This document shows positions 39,024-51,500 of a DNA stretch of 64,000 bases, piece after piece. The notes under the pieces were generated by a model that was not told the DNA's origin, did no database searches, and saw only the letters and a list, made by a program, of their open reading frames with translations. The stretch is from the NCBI GenBank assembly GCA_004431415.1, contig QPMI01000572.1, positions 124,001 through 188,000 on the forward strand, given 5' to 3'. A program made the translations under genes and the position numbers. Each line of letters opens with the position of its first letter. Within the stretch, counting starts at the first letter, position 1. Origin of the DNA: Cyanophora paradoxa CCMP329. Lineage: Eukaryota > Plantae > Glaucophyta.

Positions 39024-41035
39024 TCAGCCGCTGGCGCTGGCGACGGGCTCCTGCGTCACGGCGGCGGCGCCGGGGAGCTCGAAGGCGCCGGCGGGGGCAG
39101 GGCGGCGCGGGGCGTGCTTGGCGGGGCCGGCGGCGGCGGCGGCCTTGGCGGCGCGCTGCTGGGCGAGGCGGGCGAGGAAGGCCTCTTCCTGCCCCTTCGG
39201 CACGAACCGCCCCGAGACCCGCAGCCGCCTGCCCGGCCCCGGGGTCAGGAAGAGGGGGGGGGGAGGAGGGAGGGGGTACGCGTACTTGGCGGCGGCGACC
39301 TTGCGGACCTGGTAGGTCACCCCCCGGTGGAAGTTGCGGCGGTGGCGCTTCTCGCGGTACCGCCTCAGCGCCTCGGACTGCCCGCCCCGCGCGCGTCAGG
39401 GCCGCCGGCGCCTCGACGAGCTCAAGCCTCGCACCCGGGACCAGAGGGTGCCGTCGGTGTAGCGGAGGCAGTTGTCGGGGAGGGGGTACAGCTCGGGCGC
39501 CGCCCCCCCGAGGTGCGGCGTCGCTGGGGCGCTCAGGGACCGGGGCTGCCCCGCGGGGCGCGGTCAGAGGCGAGGCGGGGAGAGACAGAGAGAGAGCGGG
39601 GCGGGGCGGGCGGGGCGCACCGAGCTCGAGGGGCCGCTCCCCGCCCGCCACGCCTCGCGCGGGCCCTCCTCCTCCTCCTCCTCCGCCTGCTCCGCCCCGG
39701 CCCCCGCCTCGTCCTCCTCCTGTTTGACGGAGGCGGGGGGCCCGAGGGCGAAGTCGGCGCGGCAGTCGAGCTCGCAGTCCTCGTCGATCGCCGGCGCCCG
39801 CCCGTGCGCGTTCGCCCGCCCCGAGAACGACGCCCCGAAGCCCGGCCCGCGGGCCGGCGGCGCCGCCATCTGGCCCAGCGAGGGCGCCGAGCAGGAGCGG
39901 CTCATCGAGGGGCGGCGGTGCCCTGCACGCGCGGCGCCGGCGTCAGAGACGGGTTGGATGGAGGTCGCATGGGCGGGCCGGGCCGGGCCGGCCGGACCGA
40001 GGGGCGGGAGGTTCGGGGCGCCGAGCCCCATGACGTTGCGTGCGCTCTCGGGTGAAGCCGGAACGGAGATAGAGACCGGGCCCGCTGCGATCGGGGCTCG
40101 GGCCGGGCCGGCGAGGCGGGATCAAATTCGACGCGCGCACCGTGGCCGTGGCCGGGGGGCGTCAGGTGGCCGGCGGACGTCGGCGAGCGGCCCGTAAGGC
40201 TGTACATGGGCGACGTGGGCGCGGAGTAGGAGCTGGCCCCGCGGGCGACGGCGCCGGGCCGCGGCATGGGCCGCAAGGAGGGCATGGGCAGGCCGACCAG
40301 GGAGGCGAAGCCGCCCGGGCCCACGCCGCTCTCGCTGATCGTGATGGCCGGCGAGGCCTGCGCCCGCAGGGCCGGCGAGCACGGCGCGGATGCCGCGGTC
40401 GGCTTCGGTGGCCGCGACGGGGGCGACGGGCAGGACTGGGCGCGGGCCGCGCGCGTGAAGGCGCCCGGCCGGTCCATGTTGGGCGCCTCGGCGCTGGTGG
40501 GAAACGGAGCCTCAAAGAGCTGCGGAGGGAGCCATGAGAAGTCTGCGCCGCCCGCGGCGATGTCGTTGCAGCTGCGGAGGTACAAATGCTGCAGGGCTCG
40601 CAGGTCCGGCGCGGAGAGTGGCGTCCGCGGGAACTGCCGGTCGACATCATCTTCGGACACTTCTTCGGCGTCGAAAACGGTCCCGCAAGCTGCCAGGTCG
40701 ACCGAGAGCAGCGGGGGCGATGGAACCTCGTGCAGCGCCGCCGACGCGTCAAACGCCGCCGCTGGCGGGAGCATCGACTCCAGCTGCGAGGAACAGGCCG
40801 TTTAGACGATGGACGAGCCTAGAAAAATGACAACGCGGGCGCACGAAGCTTATGCGGAACGGGAAGGATGGGTCGGGCATGACGACAAGTCCGGGGTTGA
40901 GCGACCCCTGCGGGCCGCCGAGCGCGCCTTTCGCGAATGCGAACTCCTCCATTGATATGCGTGAGAACTCTTTCAAAGGCTCGGTGCGGCCGCCGCTGCG
41001 GCTGGGGGCTGGGCCCTGGGGCTGCTCTTTCCTCC
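39024..41035 (-). CDS. CCT-domain protein (CONSTANS/TOC1 motif family)
   Basis: Spliced EALRRYREKRHRRNFHRGVTYQVRKVAAAKRLRVSGRF (about 39195-39376) fits the CCT consensus RYxEKRxxRxF...Y.xRK..A..R.R..GRF. N-terminal part is Ser/Pro-rich low complexity; 5' end uncertain. Confidence 0.8.
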
Positions 41036-42561
41036 TGTCAGTCGAGGCGCCGGCGGGGCGGACGCGGTCGGCCCAGCCGAGCGGGCTGATCTGCTGGTGG
41101 AGAACTCTGTCTCACCGCGACACGAACTCTCAGAGTCTACGTATACCGAAACTGGTGTCAAGGGCCAAGGCCTGTGATCTGCTCGGTCCACGAAACACTA
41201 GTAGGAGCTCATGAGGCCGACCGGAAGTACCACATTCGCATGCGCGGGCGAACTCTCGTGCTGCGATGCTCTTGGACGAGTTGACAACTTGTTGTTGGAA
41301 CTTGTTGCTGCTGCTTAAAGCCTGCTGAAGCCTGAAGCGTGCTGGCGCTGCTACCCGGTAGTACCGGAAGCACGCGGGCGCCGGCGCCGGCTCAGTTCAG
41401 AGTCAGCGCTAGGCGCCGCTAGCTGGCTCCAAGCTGCCGGCTGGCGGGGGGGTCAGCGCGGCTAGTCTATCGATATGATAAGAATGCCGTTACACGCTCT
41501 GACGGCTAGCCGGGCTAGGCCGGGCTAGCCCTATCTGTTTATGATCTGCATATATGCTGCGGCCTCGGCTGGGGTAGCTAAAAACTAGTAAAAAGTTGAA
41601 AACTGGGTGGCAATTGGAGCGCACGGGATGTAGAGCCGAAAAAAAGTGCAGTTCTGGCCAGTTCAGGGGGCCCTGAGGGGGGAAGGACTCCGGAGGAGCA
41701 CGTGAGTGAGGCCCTAAGGGGGCCGGCCGGCGGCCGGCCCCCGGTGGTCCGGCGGTGGATCATGATTCATCATGTCACTCCGCGAAACGAGCAGGCGGCT
41801 GCCAGAGGCGCGGTCGACGTCCCCACGCGCGCGGAATCGCCGCGGATCGAAGGCCTTAAGGGGGCCCCCGCCGGGCGGCGGCCCCCGGCCCCCGGGCCCC
41901 GGCCGGCGGCGCCGGGTCCCCAGCGCTACCGGTAGGCCGCGGCCCCGCGCGCGGCCCCGGTACTACGGTACGGCGGTCCCCCGCGGCCCGGGGGGGCCAG
42001 TTGCCACGCGCGCGGGCCACGCGGCCCGGCGCGCGGCGGCGCCCATCGATATCATTGGCCATCCATCGCCGTTCACGATCACGCCTGGCCAGCTGGATGC
42101 TGGAACTCGAGCGCTGGCTCCCGGCCCTGGAAGTTGCAAGTTCTTGCAGCGCCAGCTGCAGGCTCTTTTCAAGTTTCAAGTTTCGAGAACTTTCGACTCG
42201 AGCCCGTGCAATGGCACGAGCATGCGGACTGCACGTGATACAGTGACAGTGATTTGTATTTTATGAACTCGAATCCAGGCCAGGGAAACTGAGGGAAGTG
42301 CCTGGGGACCGGAGGGGCGGCCGCGCGGCCCGGGGGGGCCCCGGTGGGGACACTGGGGAGGGGACGTTGCGCAGGGGAGCTGCAGGCCTGGGCCCACAGG
42401 CCAGGAGGACTTGGGCAGCGCGGCTGCCCCCCAGCCGGCGCCGGCCGGGCGGGCCGGGGGGGGCGGGAGGGGGGACGAGCGGGGAGCTCGAGCGGGGGGG
42501 GGGGGGGGGGGGGGGGGGGGGTGCTGGACCGTTGGACGCGGGGCCCCCGCAGCCGGCGGGG

Positions 42562-45500
42562 CTACGCGGCGGGGCGCAGCGGGCGGCCGGCATGTACCCC
42601 ATCGGCTCCTCCCCGCGCAGCAGCCGCTCGACCGCCCCGGCCCCGCCCGCCGCGCGAAGGCCCCGGCGTCCCACTCGCCCCCTCCGGCCCCGCCGCGGGC
42701 GCCTCGCCCCGCGCCGCCCGCGGCGGGTACCCCATCTGGCGGGCGCGGCGCTGCTCCGGGGGCGGCTCGGGGGGGGCGAAGCCGGGCAGGAGGCGGGCCG
42801 GGGGCAGGTGCAGGTCGATGAGGACGCCGGCGGTCGGGAGCCACGAGGCCAGCGCCGCCAGGCAGAGCCTGCGCCACCGCCGCCGTCGGACGTTGGAAAC
42901 CCGCGGGCTGCCGGGACGGGAGGCACCCCCCGGCCAAGCCGACCTCTGCCCTCCCCGCTAGACCCTCCAGGCCCCTCGAGCCTCCCTTGTGATCTCTGAT
43001 CCCTGAGCCCTCTGGAGGGGAGGGCGCGGCGCACGCGTCGAGGCCGTCGACGCGGCGGGCGGCGGGGTCGGCGCCCCTCGACAGCAGGAAGCGGCAGATC
43101 GCCTCCCGCCCGTTGTACGCCCCGTACCTGCGCCCCAGAGGCGGCCGGAGTGGTCGGGAACGGAGCTGGGCGCAGGGGGGGGGGGGGGGGGGAGGGGGTA
43201 CATGAGCGCCGTGGTGCCGTCCACGCGCCGCGCGTTGACCCGCGCCTGCGGTGGCGGCGCGCTCCGGTCAGCTCAGCTCCCCGCGGGTTCCCCGCCCGCT
43301 CAACCACACTCCCTGTACACCCCCCAGCCCCCCCCTTCCCCCCCCTTCCCCCCCCCCCCCCCCCCCTCCCACCTTGCAGGTGTCGACGAGCCAGCGGACG
43401 ATGCGCTCGTGCCCCCCCTGCACCCTGCGGGGGGGGGGGGGAGTTGGGAGGGGGGTAGAGAGGAGGGGGGAAGGGAAGGGGAGGGGCCGGGCGCGGAAGG
43501 GGAAGGGGCGGTTTGGTTCTCGCAGCGCGGCTCATTCTCCCGAAGCGGTCTAGTGGGGAGGGGGCGCGAGCGGGGCCCCCGGGCGCACGAGGCCATGAGG
43601 GGCGTCTCCCCCGCCTGCGAAGGAAGCTCGGCTGAGCGCAGCGCGACAAGCCGAGCAGAGCCGAGCGAGGGGCGGGGCGGGGGCGGGGGCGGGGCGGGCC
43701 TCGCCGTCGGCGGCCTCCTCGACGTTGAGGCCGCACTCCACCGCGTACTTCGCCACCTGCGGGGGCGCGGGGCGCGTCAGCGGCGAGTCAGGGGCGAGCA
43801 GCGGCGCCCCGCGAGGCCGCCCCAGGGGCCCCGAGAGGGCCCGGGCGGGGGGGTACCGGGAAGTGGCCGTACTGGACGGCCCAGATGAAGGTGAGGCCCG
43901 TCTTCGTGCGCGCGTGCGGGTTCGCCCCTGCCGCCCCCGCCCCTCAGAGGGGAGGCAAGGCGCGGGGCGGGATGGGGGGCGGGGAGGCGGGGGGCGGGGA
44001 CCGCGGGCGACGAGGAGGCGGGCGACCTCGAGGCGGCCCCGGAACGCCGCGTGGTGCAGCTGCGCGGGGCGCTCAGATCAGATCAGACAAGAGCGCCGGC
44101 CGCCGCTCAGAGCGCGGGCGGGCGCCGTCCCCTCTCTAGCCTTTCGGGAGCGCGGGCGGGGGCGCTGGGTGGGGCGCACGGGGGCGAATCCCTCGTCGTC
44201 GGCGGCGTCGAGGTCCGCGCCCCCGTCGCACAGCGCCCGCACCGCCTGCGCGCGCCCCCTCAGCGCCGGCGGGGGCGGGGGGCGCGGGGGCGGGCTGGGC
44301 GCCCGCGCGCCTCGATGTGGCCCTCCCGCGCCGCGTGGATGAGCGCCGTGCACCGCTCCGCTGCGCCCCGGCCCATCGGCGCGAGCGCTGCGAGCCCCGC
44401 AGGGGCCTCAGGGAGAAAGGGCGCGCACAGTCTCTCGCGTTCGGGTCGGCCCCCTGCGCCCGCCCGCGCGTGAGCAAAGGCGCGGGGCGGGGGGTACGGA
44501 GCGCGGAGGAGGGCGCGGGGCACCTGCCGCAGGAGCGCCGCCACGACGCTCGCCTCGCCCATCCCGGCCGCCCTGGGGTACCCGGTTCGAGGACGATGGG
44601 GGGGGGGGGGGGGGAAAGGGGGGGGCGGGGGTACGCGCATCATGAGGGTGGAGAGGCCCTGGCCGGCGGCGCGCACCATCGCCAGCATCGCCTGGTCGTC
44701 CCTCTCCGGCTCCGGCTCCGGCTCGCGCGGCGGCGGCGGCGGAGGGGGAGGTTGAGGGGCGGCAGCTCGCGGGGCCTCGGCGGGGCGCCGGCGCCGGCGG
44801 CTTCCGCCGGCTGCGGCGCGGCGGGGGCGGAGGATGCGGAGGAGAGGGCGGGCCCGCCCGGGCCGCAGATCCGGGTGCAGGGGGGAGGAAGAGGAAGGGG
44901 CGGGAGGGGAGGAGGAGGAGGAGGTCTCTTGGGGTGCGGCGGGAGCGGGGGGCGGGGAGGCGCGGGCGGCGGCCTGCTGTCCGTGCCGCCTCAGGGCAAA
45001 GCGGGCGGGGGTGGGAGGAGGAAGGGGGGTACCTGGGGGCTGGGCGCGGCCCTCTCGCGCCGGACGGAGGCCCACGCGGCGGCCGCGGCGACGGCCGCCC
45101 CCGCGGGGTTCGCGCCCCTCGCCCCGGCCTCCTGGAGGGGGCGCGCGTCGGCAGACGTCGAAAGCATCGCGGCGGGCGGCGAAGGAGGGGGGGCCAAGCG
45201 GCAGCACCCGCAGGCGCCTGACGACGGGCACGCGGCTCATGACCATCGCGAGCTGCACGGCGCTCACGCCCTCCGTGTCTGCGGGGGGGTGCGCCGTCAG
45301 AGGGGCGCCCGGCCGCCCCGCAGGGGTACAGGAAAACTCGCCCCGGGCGTCGACGTCGGCGCCGCATCGGATGAGGAGGTCCACGATCCTGCGGCCGCCC
45401 GGCGCCTCAGCCGGCCCGGGACGTGGGGGGCGGGGGGAGGAGCCCGCTCACCTGAGGTGGCCCTCCTTGGCGGCGAGGTGAAGGGCCCTCGTGCCTGCAC

Positions 45501-48500
45501 GCCCGAGTCAGACCCAGAGTAAAAAGAGCAAGAAGAACTAGAGGAGCGCGGGGCGGACCGCGGGGGCTGGCGGCGTTGGGGTCGACGCCGGGCCCGCCCT
45601 CCTCGGTCCCCAGGAGCCACGCGGCGACCTCGAGCCGGTCGTTCGCCGCCGCGTACCTGCGAGGCACGGGGCGCGTCGGGCCGAGATCCAGCCCAAGCTG
45701 CTCTCGAATAGGAGGTCGGACCAGAGGCAGGACCAGCCGTCGTGGTCCACGGCGTTGGGGTCCGCACCCCGCCCCACCAGCAGCTGCCGGAGAGGCTAAG
45801 AAGAGGGGGCGCCGGGGGCGGGGCGGGCGGGCCTTGACGGCGGGGAGGTTGCCGCGCTGGCAGGCGACCATGAGCGCCGTGCGCCCGTCCTTGGCCGTGA
45901 TCCCGAGGCCCGCGTCCTCGCCCTGCCACGGGAGAAGATGGGCGAGGGCGAGGGCGAGGGCGAGGGGCGGGGCCGGGGCGCACGCGCTGGGCGCGGATGT
46001 CGAGGATGGCCTCCAGCGCTTCCGCCGTCTCCCGCGGCTGCCGCCCCGCCCCGCCCCGCCCGCGGTGAGACGCCGCGCGGCGCCCGCCTCTCTAGGACGC
46101 TACTAGCTGCTAGAACGGGCCGCGCCTGGGCGGGGCCGGGGGCGGGGCCGGGGGCGGGGGCGACTCGGACCTGGCAGGCGTAGAAGGCGGCGTCCCAGCC
46201 GTCCTTGTCCAGGGCCCCCAGCTCCGCCCCCGCCTGCCCCGAGGTCAGCTCGGCCAGCTGACGGGGCGGGGCGGGGCGGGGCGGGCCTCGACGAGGGCGC
46301 GGACAATGGCGCCCGAGCCCGAGACCGACCCCTGCGCGGGGAGGCGGGGAGGCGGGGCGCGTTAGGCCAGCTCGGAGACGGGATAGGGGAGAAGGCGGGG
46401 GGTGGGCGGGCCTGCATGAGGACGGTGGTGCCGTTCTTGCGGGCGGCGCGGGGGTCGGCGCCCCGCTCGATCAGCATCGCTACCATCCCCAACAGGTTCT
46501 CCTGCGCACGCGTGCACACGCAGACCGGCGTTCAGCGGCCGGCTGCGCGGCTGCGCAGCTCGGGGCCGGGGCGCGAAAGGTAGTGGGGAGCTCTAGGCAA
46601 GCCCGTAGGAGCGGGCGGTGTCCCCTCCAGCCTCTAGCCTCTAGCCTCCAGCCTCTAGCCCTCTAGCGGGGCGCCACCTGGGCGGCGATCATGAGGGCGG
46701 TGAGGCCGGCCGAGGTCCGCGCGTCCACCTCCGCCCCGAACCGCTCCACCAGCGCCCGCGCCGCCTGCCCGGGAGCTCAGCCAGATCAGACTGACTGACT
46801 GATCGGGGGGCGCCGGCCCGGACCTCGGTGCGGCCCTTCTGGCAGGCGATCATGAGCGGGGTGACGCCCTCGTTGGTGCGCGCCGCGAGGTCCGCCCCCG
46901 CCTGCCCAAGGCGAGGCTCGCGAGGCTCGGGGGGGCGGGCGGGGTCGGGGCGGGCGGACGTCGACGAGGGCGCGGAGGACGTCGAGGTTGCCCTCCTGCA
47001 CCGCGAAGCAGTGCGGCCGCCACCCGTCTGCAGGCCCCACAGACGGGGCGAGAGCTGAGAGGGAGGGAGCGGCGGGGGCTGGCGCTCGGGCGGACCGACG
47101 TTGGGGAGGTTGGCGTCGGCGCCGCGCTCGAGGAGGAGCCGCACCATCGCCCCCCGCCCCTGCACCGCCGCGATCTGCTCGCCCCGCCTCGCTCAGGCCT
47201 CGTCTTGCTCGCTCTTCTACGGTTTCTCCCAAGGCGCACAGCGAGGGGGCAGAGGCCCTTGCCCGTCTGCGCGTTGACGTCCGCCCCGCACTCCTCCACC
47301 AGGAACCGCGCCGCCTGCGGCGAGGGAAGTCAGAAGGGGGAAAGGAAGAGGAGGGAAGGGGAAGGAAGGGCGGGCCTGGAGGCTGCCGGTCTGGGCGGCG
47401 GCCATGAGCGGGGTGAGGCCGTTGGCGGCGCGCGCGCTCAGCGCCTCGGGGCCCATCGCATCCCGCACCCGCCGCAGCACCGCGACCCTGCGACGAAAGC
47501 GTCGAGAAGAGGAGGAGGTCAGCTTCCGTCAGCTCCCTCCCAGTCAGCCTCCGCTGCGCGCACGCGTCGCGGCGGGCGGCGAAGAAGGCGGCGGTCCAGC
47601 CGTCGCAGTCGGCGAGCGCGGGGTCCGCCCCCGCCCGCAGCAGCTCCAGCGCCACCTGGGCCCGGGGGGAGGCCGGGGTGAGACCCCGCGCCCTGCACCT
47701 AGGAAGAAAGATCCATCGCTATCTGAAGGGCGAGGGGTCACCTCCTCGGCGCCCTCGTCGCAGGTCACCATCAGCGGCGACACCCCCTTCCTGCTCGGCG
47801 GAGAAGAGGTGAGGGGGCCGCTGGGCGGAGAACCGGATCCAGAGGGGGGGCGCACCGGGAGCAGATGTCGGGGTTCCCGCCCCCGCGGAGGAGCGCCCGC
47901 GTCGCCCCCGCGCTCCCCACCCGCTGCGCGCCCCCGCCCCTCAGAGGTCGGCTCGGGGGCTCAGGCGGGGCCGGCCGGGGCGCACCGCGGCGAAGTAAAG
48001 GGCGGTCCACCCGTCCTGCGGCGCCCCGCGCCCGTCAGCCGGCGGGGCCCAGACTAGAGCCGATAGGCTAACGCTAGGTGCGCGGTGCGGTGCGCGGCGC
48101 GGCGCGCGGCGGGCTCGCGCGCGCTCGCCTTGTCGACGGCGTTGGGGTCGGCCCCGTGCTCCAGCAGCAGCGCGATGAGCGACGTGAAGCCCTACGGGAA
48201 CGCGGGTGAGGAGGCGCGGGCGGGGCGGGGAGGCCTAAGGAAAGGCGAGGGGAGGGGCGCCTTCTCGGCCGCCAGCATGATCGGGCGGATGCCCTGCGGC
48301 TCACGCGTCAGGCGAGGCGAGGGGGGGAGGAGAAGGGGAGGGGGGTACCTTGGAGTCGGCGACGTGGACGAGCTCCGGGGAGTGCGCGCAGAGGGCCCGG
48401 GCCGCCCCCGCCTGGCCCCGCTGGCACGCGAAGAGCTGTCCGGCACGCGGCGTGAGCAAGGGAGGGGCGGAGGGGCGGGGCGGGGCACCAGCGGGGTCCA

Positions 48501-51500
48501 GCCGTCCGAGTCCTTGAGGGTGGGGCAGGCGCCCCGCGCGAGGAGCGCCGCCACGCAGGCCGTCTGGCCCTCCCGCGCCCCCCACGAGAGCGCCGTCCAC
48601 CCTGCACAGGAGGCGGGTGAGAAGGCGAGAAGCGGCGTGGCTAGGAGAGACAGCGCGCCCTCGCGGTCCTGGTCGTCGGGGCGGGCGCCGGCGTCGAGCA
48701 GCGCCCGCACCGCCTCCTCGCTCCCGTGCGCCGCGAACATCTGAGGCCGCGAGCGAGCGAGCGTGAGGCGAGGGCGGCCCCCCACTCGGCTTGAGGGCCT
48801 CTGCTAGGCTCTGCCGAGCTCGGAGGGGCGGGGGCGGGGGCCGGGGCCGGGCGGGGGGCGGACGAGGGCGGTGCGGCCCTCGCGGGAGGCGTCGTTGGGG
48901 TCGGCCCCCAGCGCCACCAGCAGCGCCGCCATCGCCCTGCCTTGGGCTCAGCAGGGGAGGGGGCGAGGGGCAAGCGAAGCGAGCGAGCGGACCCTCGGGC
49001 CTGGAAGCAGGCGCGGATGAGGGCCGACCACCCGTCCGAGTCCTTCGCCGCCACGTCCGCGCCCCGCGCCACCAGGTACTCTGGCGAGGGCCTCGGCGGG
49101 GGCGGGCGGGGGCAGCGGGGGCGGGGGCGGGCCGGCGAGGGGCCCGAAGCCGGCGTCGATGGCAGCCATCAGCGGCGTCACCTGCGCCCCCGCGCGCCCC
49201 GGCGCCTCAGAAGAAGCGAATCTCAGAGGCCGATCGATTTGTCACTGCACGCGCCCCGTCGCGCTCGCCGCGGGCGTTGACGTCAGCGCCCCCGCCCAGC
49301 CGCCTCGCGCTCCTCGCCCGTCTTCTCTCCTCCTCCTCTTCGTTTCCGACCCGCCCGTCCTCGCCGCCGCCCGCCTCCACCTTCGTCCCTGCCTCCTCTG
49401 CCTCGGCACCCGCCTCCTCCTCCTCCCCCGCCTCCGGCTCGCCCTCGACGAGGAGGCGGGCGACCTCGACGGCCCCGCAGGCCCCAACCAGCTCGGACAC
49501 CCCGTGCAGCGCCGTCCGCCCTGCAGCGCCGCCCGCGTGCAGTTGGGCGCGGAGGAGGGCGCAGAGAAAGAAAGGGCCGCACCGGCGGCGGCGGGGTGCG
49601 GGCGGTCGAGCGGGGGGCTCTCGGGGTGCCTCAGGATGGCCCGCAGGATGGCCATGTCCCCTGCCAGGGCCGCCCGCCGCCGTAAGAGAAAGTGGGAAGG
49701 ACGCGACGGGGCGAAGGAAGCACCGCGGGCGGCGGCGAAGTCGACGCAGGTGCGGCCGCCCTTGTCGGCGGCCCCGAGGCGGGCGCCCCAGCGCAGCAGC
49801 AGCCGCATCATCTGCACGCTCCCGTTCTGCACCGCGTACCTGGAGGGGGCGTCAGGGGAAGGGGGAAGGGCCAAGGAGGAGGCGATCGGCGAGGAGGCGC
49901 GCATGAGCGGGGTGGTGCCGTCGGCCTCGGCGGCGTTCGGGTCGGCGCCGTGGTGGAGCAGCAGGTTCGCCACGGCGACCTGGGCGAAGGCGGGCGGGGG
50001 TGAGCGGGGCGCCCGAGGCCCGAGGGGAGGGCGGCGCGCCTTGTTGTTGAAGGCGGCGGAGAGGAGCGGCGTCCGCTGGAACGAGCACGCCGCCTCCACC
50101 TGCGGCGGGGGTGGGGGAGGGAAGAGAGAGCTGGGGGAGGGCGCGGGGGCCGCGGCGCACGCTGGCGCGCATGCGGAGGAGGACGCGGACGACGGCGGTG
50201 TAGCCCCAGCAGCACGCGCAGTTCAGCGGGCTCCACCTGGCCGCGAGGGGGAGGAGAAAGGCACGGGTCAGAGGATTCAAACGGGGGCGGGGGGGGGGGA
50301 GACGAGAGCGCGCACCCCGACTCGTCGCAGGCGTCGACGTCGGCGCCGATGGAGGCGAGGAACTCGGCCGCCTGCCCCCGCCCGCCGTCAGAGGGCGGGA
50401 TGGAAACAGGGCGGGAGAGGAGGGCGGGCGGGCCTGGGCGTGGCCGTTGACGGCGGCCATGAGGAGCGGGGTCTCCTGCTCGCCGGTGCGGGCGGCGAGC
50501 GAGGCGCCCCGCGCCGCCAGCGCCCGCGCCACCTCCACGCACCCGTACCGCGCCGCCCACACCAGCGGCGTGTACCCGTAGAAGTCGGACCTGGGGGGAG
50601 GCACAGGCTAAGGCGACGTGCGACTCGGGCGGGGGAGGGCGGGGCGCACCCGCCCTCGACAGGGCAGCCGAGGCGGGAGAGGAGGCGGACGAGGTGGGCG
50701 TGGCCCCACGCCGCCGCCCGCGACAGCGGCGACATGTCCTGCCACACCCACGCGCGCGCGGAGTCGCAAGAAGCAGAAGCAGGAGAGAAGGAAGGACAGC
50801 GGGAAGAGGGGGCGCACGGTGACGGACTTGGCGTTGAGGTCGGCGCCGCAGCGCGCGTGCAGGAAGCGCACCCGCGCCGCGTCCCCCTCGTTCACCGCCC
50901 GCCCCAGCGCGATCTGCCCGCACTAAGCGAAGGGGGGGGGGGGGGGGGCGGGAGGGGGGTTACCTGGACGAGCTCGGGGGGCAGGCCGGCGTAGGGAACG
51001 GCCCCCCTCTGGAGCAGGACCGTGAGGGCCATCTGCGGGGTACGCTGAGCGAGCGCCGCCCCCCATCGGATGGGGCAGAGGGGGTACGGACGTCGTCGTC
51101 GAGGCGGGCGCCCTCGAGGGAGGCGCCCTCGGCGTGGGCGCGGGGGGGGCACTCCCAGGCCGCCCGCGCCGCCAGGCGGCCGGCCGGCCCCTCCGCCAGC
51201 TCCCAGAGGGCGACGCCGTGGTCCGACCCGCCCGTCGCCAGCCGCAGCCCGGGCCCCGGCTGCGCGGCGCGCGCCTCAGAAGGAGGCGGCAGTAGTAGTG
51301 GAAGGGAGGGCGGCGCGCCAGGAAGCAGAGGGAGGAGACGACGTTCTCGTGGGTCGAGAAGCACGCCGCCAGGCGCCCCCGCCGCGGCGGCGCCGGCGCC
51401 TCCCTGCGTGCGCCCCGCCCACGCCCTCAGCGGGTGGACGGAAGAGAGGTGGGGGACAGGGAGAAAGGGCGGGCCAGGAGGCGGCGCGGTCGACGAGCTC

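Noticed and set aside
42494-42521. Very long G homopolymer as a specific functional element
   Set aside because: Such runs occur throughout the window and their lengths are unreliable in sequencing.
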